Source of the DNA: Strigamia acuminata
Lineage: Eukaryota
NCBI GenBank assembly: GCA_949358305.1
Contig: OX442314.1
Span: 15,314,001 to 15,378,000 of the forward strand
Length of the DNA stretch: 64,000 nucleotides
Direction of reading: 5' to 3'
Shown here piece by piece: positions 35,201 through 50,200 of this stretch (the stretch's first letter is position 1; every line of letters begins with the position of its first letter). The position numbers and the translations under genes are program-made. The notes below the pieces were generated by a model that was given only the letters and a program-made list of their open reading frames with translations, was not told the DNA's origin and did no database searches.

Positions 35201-38200
35201 GGTATCAAGAAACTTTTCAAAACAAATACTGGTTTTTTGGGCTTAATTAAAATTCTGAATGGGTAGAAAGAGTTCAGCTGGAAATGGAACAAGTTTTTAT
35301 TTTTTATTTTTAAATTTTTGTTATTAATTTTTTTTTGCTGCGATTTATTTTATATTATTAACTTGTTATTATTTTTTATTTATTTATTTTTTTTATTTGA
35401 ATATGTATATAATTTTGAAAATTTATTAACTGATGAATGATTTAGTTTTGAAGCTAGATGTTGATATCTTTTTCTATTCAATTTTTGAATGACAATAACA
35501 AGTTTTATCTCTGAAATTTAGTGGGTGGAAGGGAAGTTCAATCAAAGGCAGAAGGCGAGCGATTCTCAACTAATTAGCCAAAACTACCTTTCATACCTAC
35601 TTTTGTTTCACGCATTTTTTTAATACTACTTCTTCTCTCTTGCTATCATTGCTTGTGCTCGCTGGGTGTAATTTCCTCCTCCTCGCAGCAGCGTCGCGGT
35701 TGTTGATAAGAGACAGGTACGAAAAAATACAAGATGTTGCAAACCGTCTCGTCTATTCATGTCATCTTTGCTATTGTTTTCTGGGGTATAGTCAAGTAAA
35801 GACCGAGGGTGTCATTTAATGGTTGCTAATCTCTCCGCCAGGAGAGAAGGAAATAAGTTGGGTTGTAATGAGATTGTATCAGTCACGAGGAAATTTAAAT
35901 TTATTAAGCAGTCATTTTTTTTTTATGTTTTGGATAGGAATTTTTATAATAAAATAAAATTCATGGAAATATGAAGTTTTTATTTTTTGTTGTTTTATTT
36001 TTATAGCGAAAAATAAGATGAATTGTGTAGAGTTTTCTTATGTTTTGAATTGTTAAGGGTAATAGGAGAATGAAAATGAAACTTTATCACCTTGTTGACC
36101 CGAGATGGACTGTTGAAGACGACCTTTGCGGGTTAAAAGTGAAGGAATCTTTGTGGTTGTACCGTGAAGATGAATAAATAAAGGCTTTGTGTGGGCAAAA
36201 ACATACGATAAATATTTTGTTTTAAATCAAGAGCATGTGTAGAAGGATTATTAATATTGAAAAGGATTGGAGATAAGTTTTTCTTCTTTTGGTTTGGAGA
36301 TAACGTATGAACAGATTGCATGAACATTGAAAAAAGAGCTTCGTGATTTCTTAAGTAAATCTGTTTTACAGATATTGTACTTAACAACATTGTATTTTAA
36401 TTGTTCGTAGAAAAATGCACCTTGAAAAAGAATTCCTTAAGAATAAATCTCAATCAGTTGTTGGTAAAGCGAACACGAACGAGCTACACCGAGAGTTTTC
36501 GAGCGGAATTAACATGGCCGTTGTTAAATACAGATCGGGACTATTTGGTCCTTCGTTTGTATGTTGTATAAAAATTCCGTGTTCATTATTTTGAACCATT
36601 ATAATTATTTTTGTAGAAAATGTGAGAAATGCAAATGAGCATTAGAGAACCAACAATTGCGTGAAATATTGTGAAATCTCGTTTTAAGGAAAGAGATGAA
36701 CGTATATTGATTACGTGAGCTTATATAAAATGCATTATTTTTATTTTTGTTACTTTTGTTATTATTTTGCAAATGAATGTGTGGTTTGTTTGATTAGTTG
36801 GGAAGACAACACACTGCAATATACTTATAATGTTCGGTGCTGATAAAATTGGTGTATGTTTGTTAGATCTGACGATGGGGAAAAAATTAAAGTGTATAAT
36901 TTTGTACGTTGGATTAATTTAAGGATAACGATAAGGGATTATGTAGCGTGAATAAGATTTGTGTGGAGTCTATTTATCTGATAGTAAAGTGCACGATTTT
37001 CCATGGGTTGATGGTGAAGTTATTCACTGGTGCAGAACAAAATGATTAGCATATTGATTAAGTTTTATGTTTTTTATTTTTTGGTTAACATTTCCTAATG
37101 TCGAATACATAGAAAGCAGAAGAGAGGGCATGATGAAAGTGAGTTGTGATGGAAAAGTTTCATTTTGAAATAAAAAATAAAAAAAAGATAAAAATGTGCA
37201 TTCATTTAATTGGAGTAATTTAGAGTTTTTATTATAAAGATAAAATGAAATAAAGTACATTTAAAATTAAATAAATTTTATCTATAAAATCCTTTAGTAC
37301 ATAAAAAAAAATGAAAATAAAAATTTGATGACATGTGATAATGATAGTACTTTGGTTTTTATTTACAAATTCGAAAAACCAGTTGGATTATGTAATTACC
37401 AAGGTTATATACTTGGTATTAGAGGAAAAAGATTATTGTATTAAACAAAAAAATGTCGCCATCTGCTGCAAAAAGAATTCAATGACAACAATTTGTCAAG
37501 GTATTTCCTTGTTTGTTACTGCAAATGGGAATAAAATTGAAATTGTAATAGAAATATTATATTTTCTAGTCACATTTTCTATCTGGAGTTTGCTCGTTTT
37601 TTTCTTGTTATTTACATTTTTAAAAATCGGAATTTCCCTTTCAAAATCCTTTATTGAACTCAAGGTCTTGTGGACGAGTTTGTAATGGCGTCTGAGAATT
37701 TGCGTGCTGATAGGATTGCGCGTTGGAGCTGATTTCAGAGTGACCTTCAACTCACCCCCACACACTTTTTTTCAGCCAGAGTCAGGGAAGTGTGGAGGGA
37801 AGGGAATCAGTGGATATTAGGTTTTAAGAAGAAGGTTAGAGAGCATTTAAATAAAAAAACAATAGTTGGATTGATTGCAGCAGCTAGAGGAAGAGCCAAA
37901 TTGAAGTGGGTGCCAAAGGGTTCAGTTTTCATGTGGCGTAAGCACAGATTGATTGGAGACGCGGGTTATTCTGGGTCATTCGGTTCTTTCAGCTCCAAAC
38001 TTGAGCACTTGTTTCGAAGCTTGAGTTGAGGAAGAACCCAAGGTCCCAGGGAAAAGTAGTGCTCACTAATCACCAGGAGAGACTAATGCAATGTGGATAA
38101 TAACTTTTTTTTTGTTTAAAAATAAATAATATTTAATGTTTGTTGTACAATGACGCTTTTAATTATAACTTTTCCGAAATTATTGTAATAATATTGTCGT

Positions 38201-41200
38201 ATTATTTGATGGGAGTTTTTATTGTACTTGTATTTAAATGGCACTTAAGGTTTACTTGGGTCATAAAGTTTTTAACCACAGGTTAATAGGTCGGTCACCT
38301 GATGTCCACTCCCTGCATTTAAATAAATTTGCTGGCCATAAACGCTTCGAGTGGGATTTCTTGTCAATAAATGCGAAAATAATGAAAAGAAATAATAAAA
38401 TTAGTATTTTTATTAGTGCGATTATTATTATTGTTATTCAAAAGACATAAAACGAACGTTGAAATATAATAACATGAAAAGAGTTTAGATCACCACCAAT
38501 GTGATCGTGCGTGCGTGTTGAATTCAAACGCAGGAAAACGGGTGGGAAAAAAGCATTCTTTTTTCTATTGACAGGACATGACAACTGGTGAGGATGTGTC
38601 GAGAGCAATTTTTACAACCTTAATATCCGGGACGATTTGCATAATTAACTCATTATTATTTCTTTTACTTTTTTATTTTGATGGAAGAAGAAGTAGAAAA
38701 AAAGGTGAATTTTCAAGGATAAGCATAGGTGTATCCTAATCCTTGGATCGCAGGTGTCTGTGCTACTCAATTATAATTTGGCCTCACCTGTGAGTTGGAC
38801 CGAACCTTGACCCCATCGGGGATGCGGGGGAGTTCCCTGCTGAGCATCGCTTTTGGCTGTCGGTCCCATTAGCGTGCCTTTGTGTTCTGGACCCCTTGAC
38901 ACGCCAGGAGGCCAGGTATGTGCCGGAACTGGCCCCTTCTCCCTCTTTTGTGGATAGTAGCCCCCGGGCCAGGATTCTTCTCTCTCTCTCTCTCTCTCTC
39001 GGTTGTCCATCCTCCCCGCTGGTTTCAGGGAGGATGGTCTTTTCCAGAGCCTGCCTGCCAGCTGCCAACCAGGATCTGGACAACCTCATTGGGTCACGAG
39101 GGTAGTTTTGGCACTGGGGGAGGGCTGACGGATTTTTACAAGGGTTTTGAATATTGAAAGTAGGCGAAATTAAGATTTTTTGTGTTGAAAGTTTCAGAAA
39201 GTTTTGAATTTTGCATCGAAAGTGACGGGTTTGAAGACATTGCCATGTTTTTTTCTTCCGATTGAATAAACCAGCACAAGTGGTTTGGTGGCGATGCAGT
39301 TGCGGGAATACGGAATTGTAAATTCGGGGTGATTGAGCCGCTGAAGAGTTAAAGGGAATCTTTTATTGGTGGTTTGAATGTCCTCGAGGGCTAATTTTTT
39401 TTTTTGGTTTGGTTTTTAATTTGCGTTGGGACAAGGGTGTGGGATTTTAAAGGCGAAATTATAAAAGTAGTCTCGATGGGACGTTTGGGTGTGTGCGTGT
39501 TTGGAGCAACTCGCGTGCATCCCGCGGGCCACGTGTTTGTTCCAGGGCCACATGGCGTCTTCGCCATTCACTCAGCGTTCCTCATCATAAGTCTAATGAA
39601 TGCTATTGTCTCGCAGCGCGGTGATTGACAGCCGGCCCGCCCATTTAAGAGCTTTGGGACTGGAAAAAGAGGCAAGTTTAGGGGAGAGGAGATTTGAACA
39701 CTCCTACTGCACTCATCCCTCCGGCATTTAGCCTCGTTATCTTGTGTCCGATGGGATGATTAAGCATGAACTGCTCATTTCGTACACCTCTTTTATTGTG
39801 CGCCATTCCAATTTACACACCTGCCTTAACCGACCTGCAGACCCACATTCTAAGATGAGCAAATTTATTTCTCGCTGTGTCTTGATTGATACCTGCCGTT
39901 GAGGTTGTAAAGGGGGTGGGTGGGGGGCTCGTGTGAGCGTTTAAAGGTTCTTGCACATTGTAAATCGTTCTTCTTGAGACGAGACTAAAGACAGTCCCCT
40001 AGAGAGTGGGGCGGACGAGAGTAATTCTGGGGTTCTTGCTGAATCGGGGCAATCAAGGTAAATCAGGACCTGCCCTCCCCTCTCTTCTGCTTCTTTTAAC
40101 CTTTGGTCTTCTTTTTTCTGCTTGTTTTCCCCCCGAAAGGTTCTCAGTAGGGGTATCACTGCAAAAGAAATCGACGGGTGGCTCGATTTTGATGAGTTTG
40201 CAGTTGGAGTTAGAAAATAGTCGAAAATGGAAGGATGCGCGGTTAAAAATTGGTTTCTGATGGATTATTTTCAGAGTTGTAGTTATGTATGAAATGCGAG
40301 CAATTTTGATGCGGTCGTAAAATATTTTATCATCATCATCATGCTTTCATCGATATTCAACAATAGGAAAATATTCGTGGGGAAGTCACTATCGTTTGGC
40401 GAAAAGCTAATGCGTATATTAGGATTGTTTAATATTTTCTGAGATTTATTGTATCGATTTCAATCAAATCGAATTCAAATTGTTATGAATGAGTTTTTAT
40501 TCACTTTATTAATGTGGTGTTGAAGTAGTGAAGAGTAAAAAGTAGTAGTCAAGTCAGTTCGTAGCTGTAAATCATTAACACATTGGGCTTATATAGAGAA
40601 GATGTCAAAAACAGATGCCGTGTCCTCCACACATGTATACACAAACACAGAGTGCTGCCATTCTGCGTAATATTTGTTGTGTACGTGGTTTTGATTTACG
40701 GTTGTGTGCGCGTCACTTTATATTTGAAGTTGATGATTTAGTGGTGTTGATGACGAAAACTTAAATGCTTTATTTGAGTTATGACTTATTTTTATTTTTC
40801 CCAATTTTTAAAAAAAATTAATAATAAAAATAAAAATCTTTTTTTTTTTTTTTATTATTTATTAAATGTTGGTTAAAATTTGCATTCTAACACATTTTTG
40901 TCGAACACAAACAATTGGCAAAGTTCAATGAATAAGGTTTCGAAAGTATGTTGTGGTTGACCGGAAAATGTTGTTCTTTTGGCTTAAAAAACTTAACTTC
41001 TTTCTGTTAAACATCCAGTTTGGTGATAGCAAGTGCAGATAGGTTCTGGTCTTTCAGTGGTAGAAAAACTTTTTTTTTTTTATTGCGGCTAGGGAAAAGA
41101 GGGGGGTCATGTAGGGCTTTGAACTAGTCCCTTAAAACCCAAACTGGACCTTACCAGCTTGTTGTTTCATTATAACGAACTTGGATTGACAATTGCTCTT

Positions 41201-44200
41201 AATTGATGTTCGTTACAACGAAGGCGTGTCTGATGTTCATTTTCCTGTTCTCCGAGATCCCAGTCTCCCTTTGCACAACGTACTTGTTCATTGGCATCCA
41301 GGGCCCCTCGGTAAGCCAAGTGGTTTCACCCGTCATCTTACCCAGTTTTTCCATTCCCCTTCGTTCCATCTCCTCCCCTCAAGGGTCGAATCAGGGTTCT
41401 TGTAACTCCCTTCCCTCCTTCCTATTCTTACTACTGGCCACTCACAAGTTTATCGTTCGCCTCTTACCATAACCTTTGTTATTGTACTGCTTATAAAGAG
41501 ACCATTAAACTTATTTGAAATGGGTTTCGATAAAAAAAAATTGGGTTAATTTTTTATTAAATGGTCTGAAATTGATCTGACCCTTTGGAATTTTATATAA
41601 TTAAAAAAAAAATATGAAAATGTTGAATATTTCTATATGCAGGTCTCAATTACGAGATTTTAATGAGTTTGTACCCACTTTTTGTGGAGTTTGAAGCCAC
41701 CCTTGAGATTGATACATAAAATAAAAAGTGAGTAATTTTGTTGGCGATTTTTATGTTTTTTTTTTTTTTTTTTTTGAAATTTTATTACACCCAATGCGCG
41801 CATAAATTAAGTTGATGAGGTGGTTACATGATTATCTTTTGATTTGCTAAGTTTTTATTAATTATTTGTGATGATACCCATGTGAGTTAACCTACCTTTG
41901 TAAAAAAAAAGAAAAAATGGATCTAATGGGGGGAAAAATAAAAAAAAAAAGATATAAAAAAAATAAGCAGACTTCTCCGTTCAACAACTTACCTAATAAC
42001 AAGGTTAGGTGGTCGTTATAGGTAGAGGATATGTAATCTCGCCTCTTCCGACCCTCCTCGTTATTCCCCTTTGTCACATAATTGAGGAAAAATCGAGTAG
42101 GCGCTTGGAACTCGGTATAGCAACATTCCTTGGCACTTTATTTATATATACGTGATGTCTTGATAAGAGATCAAAAGGGTTTCGGATGGGAATAAGAAGG
42201 AGAGATGGATTTTGGCAATTTTTAAATTATTGAGAAATTTTTTTTTATTTTTTATTTTTTTATTTTTTGTTTGAATTATGGGGCTAATAAAAGTGGAGGG
42301 AGTTGGTAATTAAAAACACTTTGTCATCATTTAAGTTGATAAAAACAATGAAGTCAAAGTATTCATTTGGTTTTAAATTGCAAATTCTTATCCTGCTTTC
42401 TTTTATGTCTGTGGAGTTATAAATCGTCGCCATCTTTCCCATCTGTAGCAAATTTTCTTTTGTTTTTTTTTGAAAATAAATAAGAAAAAAAAGTTTTATG
42501 TGTACTTTCCTTTTATCTTACAATTTATACCGTAATAACATTTATTTTCGCTTCAATTTGAAAGAAATTGTTATGTAAATTACATTCCCCATTAAACCAC
42601 AAAAGAGTGAGAATTGTTGGAAAGACAAACCAACCACTTGAGATAATTTGTGGAGATGAAGATGAGATCAAAGTTGAGGATCTAAAAAAAAACACGACAA
42701 ATATAAAAAAAGAGAAGGATTTTTTTTTTAATGGTCAATAAAATTTCTAATAATTATTCTAAGCTTGTCATTATTTTGTATCGAGCGTGAAGCCATGTTG
42801 TTTAACGCCAATAGTGGTAATGGCCCCGTTACAAGTTTTATGATAGAGTTTAATGCGTGCCCTGTAGAAGGATTCGGTTTCCAGCTTTTTCTTTTGTCTT
42901 TTTAACATGTACTATTGAAAAGTTGGAACATTATAACCATCATTAATTTTATTTATTTATATAATTGATAAATAAATAAAATATAAGTTGTTTTGTCAAG
43001 TTCAAGAGTACGGTCATGATACTGCAGTTCGTGCCCGGTATCTTGATGCTAAATTTATACTGCGCATCCCATTCTGCGCAGACGATTTTCTATTTGTTAT
43101 TTAGCAGTATTATAAACCTATTATTAGGCTTAATAATGCTAAAATATAGTAAATAAACAACAATATTTTGGTCATACTGTGTAAATTACTTTTAATGATG
43201 AGTTTATTGTTGTTTATTTACTTTCTTTTAGCATTATTAGGCCTAATATTAGGCTTAATACTGCTAAATAACAACTGGAATTAGAAAATTGTCTGCGCAG
43301 AATGGAATGCGCAGTACGAATGTAGCATCAAGATACCGGGCGCGAACTGCAGTGTTTGTGGTGGATAAAAGATCAAGTGGTGATAAAATTGTTTTTAAGG
43401 GAGAATTCCCGAGGGTCCGCGGTGCGACCTTATTTTTTCTTTTAACTTCAGTAATTTTATTTTGGTAAATTTTATATAAATTTTTTTAAAATTTTTTAAA
43501 AAAATAAATTGTTTTTTTTTATAGTTTATATTCAAGATTTTAATACTGGAAATGATAATGTGTATAGAATATTGTAGGGACAATAAATACCGTTATGAAG
43601 CCGTGCTATGAAGTCATTAGCAGGTTTGATGATATTTTCGCGTGCGAACCGGTCTAAAATATATATATATTTTGTTTTTTTTTACCACCACCACCATCAC
43701 CAAACCACCTCCTATTTACTCATTTTGGGCAAATGTAGTTTTGTGTCAAGCGAGTAGGAGATCATTTTATTGGAATTCATTCATTTCTCACTCGTATCAA
43801 GCTTAGTTTGTTTCTGCTCGCGACTCTCTCATATTGTTTTTCCGGTCCGTTTCTCGTTGCCATGGAGATAAATGCTGAGCAAGACTGCGTTTGAAAACGG
43901 TCACTTTCTCTATCTGCGGTTGAGGAAATGGACAACTGGTTAAAAAACAAGCTGGACTTTTATTAGTATTTTTCCAAGGCAAATAAAAGCAAAACTATAC
44001 TCGTTATACCAGCTGTGATCTGTAATATCGAGGTCCAATTAAGAAGCCCCCTTTACAATGAAAAAATCAACTATTAATATACTGTCATGGAGGAGTGTAG
44101 GATTTAATTATCATTTTTTTCCTTAACATAATTTTTACCTTTAATATTCAACTTTCACATCCCTACATTCTTCGCATTTTTAAATAATAAATGGGATCCT

Positions 44201-47200
44201 TATACAGGGGTCCAATTAAATGAATATCTTATAATAAGGCATGGATTTTTATTTTATTTTAGGTACATTTTTTTTTATTGCTTTTATAGTTTATTAACTT
44301 TTGTTTTATTAATTTTTTTTTATATTAAAATTCAAACAACACTTATGGGTGGGTACATATGGGTGACATTCCAAAGTTTCTTTCCCACGGAGCCATTTTC
44401 CCAGTTGATTTGTCGACGTCCCGCTGGGTGGTGACTGTCGACCTTGGCCGCGACATTGTAGGCATGTGGTGTGGTGGAGAGGGATTGTCTTGGGTGAATA
44501 CGAATCAGCCATTTTGATGAGCCAAGACAAGTGTTTGAGGTCACGGGGTCAGCCTTATCAAGGAGTTTCACTCTTGTTGCGTGAAACGGTTTTAATGAGT
44601 AGCGAGAATGGACTACTGATACAGTATTAGCCTGAGGGTAGAAAACAGAACAGTGAACACTAAAAACATTGACATAATTTTTTTTTATTCTTGCGTGCCA
44701 CACCCTGCGATGAGTTTTATGGGGCCCTTTGCATATCGAAATTTGTCATCAGTTGAAAACTGGATGAGGGTTGGGTTGTTGAAGAGTGAGTAGGGAGGGG
44801 GGATAAAGGGAAGTTAATGACTCGAAAGAATTTTTAAATTTAGCTTTGGTATTTTCATCGTATTGAAGCGCTATTGTACATTTAATCGAGTTCGCAAAAC
44901 ACTTGTTGTATTGTTGAAATGAGCAAGTGGGTTTTTTTTTTTTTTTTTTTTTTTTTCTCCTTTTTTCCTTTTTCTGTTATTCAATTGCGACATTTCTTTG
45001 TCATGCCACAGGTGCGATTTGTTTTTACACGTGTCTTGTTCACGTTCCAGAAAAAAAATTTAATTTTTTAATTTTTTTATTACTTTAATTAAATTGTATT
45101 TTCAAAAATGTTTTTCTTGTCTCGCTTCAAATTCGCTCTCCGATTTCGAGTCTGGAAATATTAGTTTTGAAAAAATATTCGGCAAAGTGCTCAGCAGACA
45201 AAAGGCAATCGTCTGCTAGGGGGTATATAGGGGAAAATGGCGCGGAAGCTATCGAGAGAAGTTTGCACGCGAGAAAGAAGATGTTGCTTGACACTACTGT
45301 CATCAAATGGACGCACCGGTTGATGCTTTTCGTCATCAGGCGTCGCTTTGCCGGAAGAAACTTGCTCTGTTGTGTGTGGGCTGGTGATAAAAATTGTGGT
45401 ATGTGGGTTGTGGTGACGAAATGGAGATTAAATAAATGTGTGCGTAGAAAAAAATTGTGCCAAAGGTGAAAAGTTTGTACTTTAGCAGTTTAGATTTCTG
45501 TTTTTGCTGTTTGTTGCTTTGAAATTTTTGAAGTTTGAGAAATATCAATAAGCCAATACGAAGGCTGTTAAAAATGAATGAGAAAAATCGATTAAACAAT
45601 TTTTATTTTAATATTATATTACTGTTATTATTTGAAAGTTTTATTAATATCAATTTAATGGGGTTGTAGTTGTTGGTTAAAATAATGAAGGGACTCTGAT
45701 CTTTCCTTCCTTATTATGTGACAGTCATTGCGTTTTATTATTGTTATTATAGTCATTTATGGTCTCTATCAGCTGTTAGTGTAATGACACAGTGGCTGAA
45801 TTTTGAATCATAAAGGAATTACACGTTGTTATAAAGGGGTGTTTAAAGTTTTAGATAAAAATTGTACACTTTTGTGTTCTAAGATGTTTTAATTAAACAT
45901 GAGAGAAAACTTAAATAGGATTTTTTTTTTTTTACATTTGTTTTTTTTTTTGGATATATATGGAAATAAATTGATGCAGGTGTTTGAAAATTTGACAGCT
46001 GGTCAAATTGATTTTTGATTAATTGTTGTGTGATACAATAACTGATGGATTGGTCAATATCTGTTTTTCAAAGCTCAACGAGTCGAATTTTTTTGTTATT
46101 ATAATTTTTTTTTGAATGTTTTTGTTTTTATTTTATTGATTGATGGGAAATAAAAATTATATTCCGTGGTAAAGTGAGCGGAGTGAACTTTAGCTTAAGG
46201 ATAACTCGAAGAAATAGAGTTGGGTAAGTTTTGTGCTTATGTTTGTTAGTGAAGGGAAGGGATTTTGTGGCGCATTCCTTTGTTGACAATGATGTATGAT
46301 GATTCCTTGCACGTGCTTGCTGCTAGGACTTTTTCTCTGAAGCATGGGGTGATGGATTGATGAGAAAAGGTGAGTTTTCCTTTGGTTTATATTCAACTTC
46401 CTAAGTATATAGTGTGGCTTCGTGTTTTGTAACTGATTATCCAACCCTACAATGCATTTTCGAGTATTCTTGTGTGGCTAATAGATATAATAAAAGTGAT
46501 AATTATTATTTTTTTTTATAAAGTGTGTCAGTATTTACAAACACATATAAATTGTTTGTTGCAAGGTAAGACAAAGGTTGATGATGATGATCAGGAATTA
46601 TGGGAAAAGCAAAATCCTACGATGGATGAAGGATGCCCCACTCCTTTGCTTCTTGTGAATCTGTGCCAGAGCTCAGTTGATGATGATGATGGGTTAGGGA
46701 ATGCGCATATCCCAAGTTAAGAAAGTTGGAATTTTTTTTTTTTACATCTCTTTCTCACTCACATATTCACTTTTTTCTGTCTCTCTCGAGCTCCCCTCCA
46801 CGTTCACTCGTAGAAATACACCCGCCATCCTCATCTTTCCTTCCTTTATCCAATATATGCAGTGGCAACGAGTTGAAAGGAAATCCCTGCTTTCTCCCAG
46901 GGTACAATTAATGCCTAATGAAAAAGTTTGTAATGCGTGTTAAAACGCAAAAAGTTGGGATAAATGTCAGTGTGCATCAAAAATGATGTTTTTTGCTTGT
47001 AAAATGACACATTTATTGAATTAAAAGTCACGGCTGAGCTGGTGATTAGCGTCTTCGCGAGGGGGCGACTATACATCTCTCTCTCGTGCGTTCCCCTCAC
47101 TTTCCCATCCCAATGGGAATGTAAACAAAGGAAGGACTATTAAGGTAGGTGGGGGTGGGTGAACGGGTGCCCATGACAGTAGACACAAAGGCGTGGGCGG

Positions 47201-50200
47201 ATAAGACCCGTTCCCTTAGAACTGAAGCGCGCTCCGAGCTGCGTGTCACATGCACATGTTCTCCGTACATTGAAGCAGCAAAGCGGGGGTGCTAGATAGA
47301 GGAGGGTGCTTTTGAAGCGAGCCAATTTTAAAATTAATCGCTCTGAATTCAAGTCCCCTCACTCATCTCGCTGAATCTCTCCTGCGGGCGTCGCGGGTCC
47401 TCTGGTGGTGATGGTGGTGGAGTTTGATGATCCCAACAAGCGTGGTGTGCACTGTGAAATTGAGAGGAGTTTGTTGTTGTGTCGGGATTTCTCTCGGGAC
47501 GAGGCTGGATTCATGGTAAGGTGGGTGGTTATGTATTGCTTTTTGTTAGAGAAATGAGGGGAAATGGAAGATGAGATAATTCATCTGATCGGTTGGAGAT
47601 AGAGAAAAGAAATGAGATGTGTAATTTTGGTTTTTATCGCGGGAGAAAATCGTGTTAGGAGGTGTTGATGGTTTTGTTGTTGAGGTTTTATAGCGGAGGT
47701 TGGCGTATCGAGAGAGGAAGGCCACGGCCTCGACCATGCGTTCACGCATTGCTGAGTCGTTGGCTTGCCATCACGAGACTGTGCATGCCTAATCAGTAGG
47801 ATGGTTGATGCTGCTAGTTCGCAACATTGGCTTTAGAATAGCTCGCTAACCTTGGCAATTGGGATTGGAGAAAAGAGGAGCAAAAAGCAGTTCACCTTCG
47901 AATCAATTAGAGGTTCGGTGATTGTACAAGACATTTTCTTTCCTCTCCCCCCTTTAAAGTCGCCCCATTTATTTTCACCTCCCACAATTTGCCGCTTGTC
48001 AAGGTTAGGGTTAATTTGACATTGAGTTAAGATATATATTTTTTATTTATTTCAAATTTTTTTTTTTGTTTGGAAGTTGTGTAATGGTGATTAGTGAGTG
48101 AAAATTTTGGAATGGAGGCTTGAAAGTGGACAAGGGAGGGTGGATAAGCACTATTGAGTTGGATTTGTGTGGATTTAGAGAGCATAAACAAGGTGAGAAT
48201 TGAATTGAAGTAGTTGTGTGAATAGTTGAATCGGTGAAAATTATTTTCTAAGTGCATTGTTGATGTTGGCAAGGTGTGTGGTTAATTGAATCTGTTTGTT
48301 TGTTTGTGTAAATGGGGGTGGGGGTGGAGATGATGGGCGAGGGTGTGTGTGTGTGTATGTGTGTTAGGCCTAATGGATCTCTCATTTGGTCAGTCCACAT
48401 TTAGGCGTCTGTTGGAGCTAATCCAATTAAAAACCTTTGGCGCCATTGTTTGGGTCAACAAATTAAGGAAATGTAGGAAATCGAATTAATTCGCTCCCAC
48501 CCCTAGTGTAGTAAGGCCAACGCCCTCCATTTTTGTTTGCCTTTAACTTTTATCTTTGATGATAAATGAAAAATGTCAGCGACAGAAGCGAAGTTTTTTT
48601 TTTATATATTTTTTTTTTTACTTTATTTCTTCTGTTTGATTTTTTTTCCTTTTTCTTTTTATATGGCATTGAGATATTATTCACCTGAGCATGAAATTGC
48701 TCATTGAGTTCTTTTCAGTTTAGATTTTTCTAAAGGGATTGTTAAAAGATAAAATTAGTAAAATTGGTGGGGATTTTTTATTATTATTTTTTTTTTATAA
48801 TTTTTTTTGTTAAAGGTTCATGTGGATCTGTATTTTGTGAGATTTCCTCTTGCACTTAATGGCGTCTGGCCTCCATTAGGGAATGCGGGGGTGGAATTGA
48901 AAGTTGTGGGGCGAAGAGCGAGGGGAGATGGGAGGTGGGGGAACGCGGGAAACTGCTGACTTCCAGCTCTATAGCTCGTCGGTGGGTCATTTAGGGACGA
49001 CGTGCATTTGTAATGCGCGTGCGCCATGCCGGTCTGCATTACTCGTCCTGACAGGGGCCATCCATCTCGTGCATGCATGCAATCACGTGACACTCATCCA
49101 TCACATTGGCCACCCCCGCTCGTACGCGCACACACATTTTCCGTAAATTTCCCATCTGCAAAACTCCTCTGAGGAAAGGGTTTTGGATTCGAAACACTGT
49201 TTTACTATTAATATTGTCACGTGACGGCGCTGCCATTTTGAATTTTGGATTTGAGAGCGAGGTCCTATTCTCCCATGTTATTTATTGGTCGATTACATGC
49301 TTCAACAGCGTGCCGGATACGATGGAAACTAAAGAGTGGAGCTTTCAACCCGCCATTTTGTCATAATGGCGCCCGTGCCCCATCTTTGGGGTTAGGTGAT
49401 GGCCGAATAGGGCCTGACAATAGACTACACTTCTTCACACTGTTCTGTGTCACTTGCGGCGCTGATGGGTAATTTGTTGTCACTTGAATTTTGGCGCCCT
49501 CTCTGGTGATTTATAGACACAATCTCACAATGAATAGTCGATTGACTATTGGGGAATATTTTAGGTGAATAAAGAGTTTGGTTTGCTGTGGGATGGGAAA
49601 AATTTTTTCCCATCTCGGGCTTTTCACTTTTCTGATTAGGTCACGTGAACGCTACAATATGTTTGATAATAGAATTGATTTGACTTCATCTCTTGACGGA
49701 CAAAAGGAACAATAGATTGGGTCCTTTAAGCTTGTGTTAGTAGTAGCCATGATTGCCACCATATGACGCCTTTGTCATTTCTCCTCCCACTCCTCTTGCG
49801 TATACTCCTACCCTTCCTTTCTTTGCGCATGTGGAGCAAATTAGCACACGAACGCACACTCCAAAGTCTTGCCCCGTCAGTAATAGGCTTAAAATCGGAG
49901 ATGTGTTGTTGGTAGTTCTGGATATATTTATTAAAAGGAAGTGTTGAATTGGTGTAATTATAATATAAGTTTTGTATACTTTTGTGTACAGTTTGGGAGC
50001 GACACCCAGTGTTTACTCGGTTGGGTTTGCGAGCGCAGTCACAATGAGGTCTTTTTCTTGTCTCAGGGCCCACCAGCTGATGTTCAGCTGACTCTCATTA
50101 TCAGCGAGGACAAAGCGCGAGCAGGGGTCGGTCTACATTGCATAGAAAAGTGCGTGCAAATTTGAGAACGGTGCGAGTGCGCGTGCAGCGTCTGCTGCTG

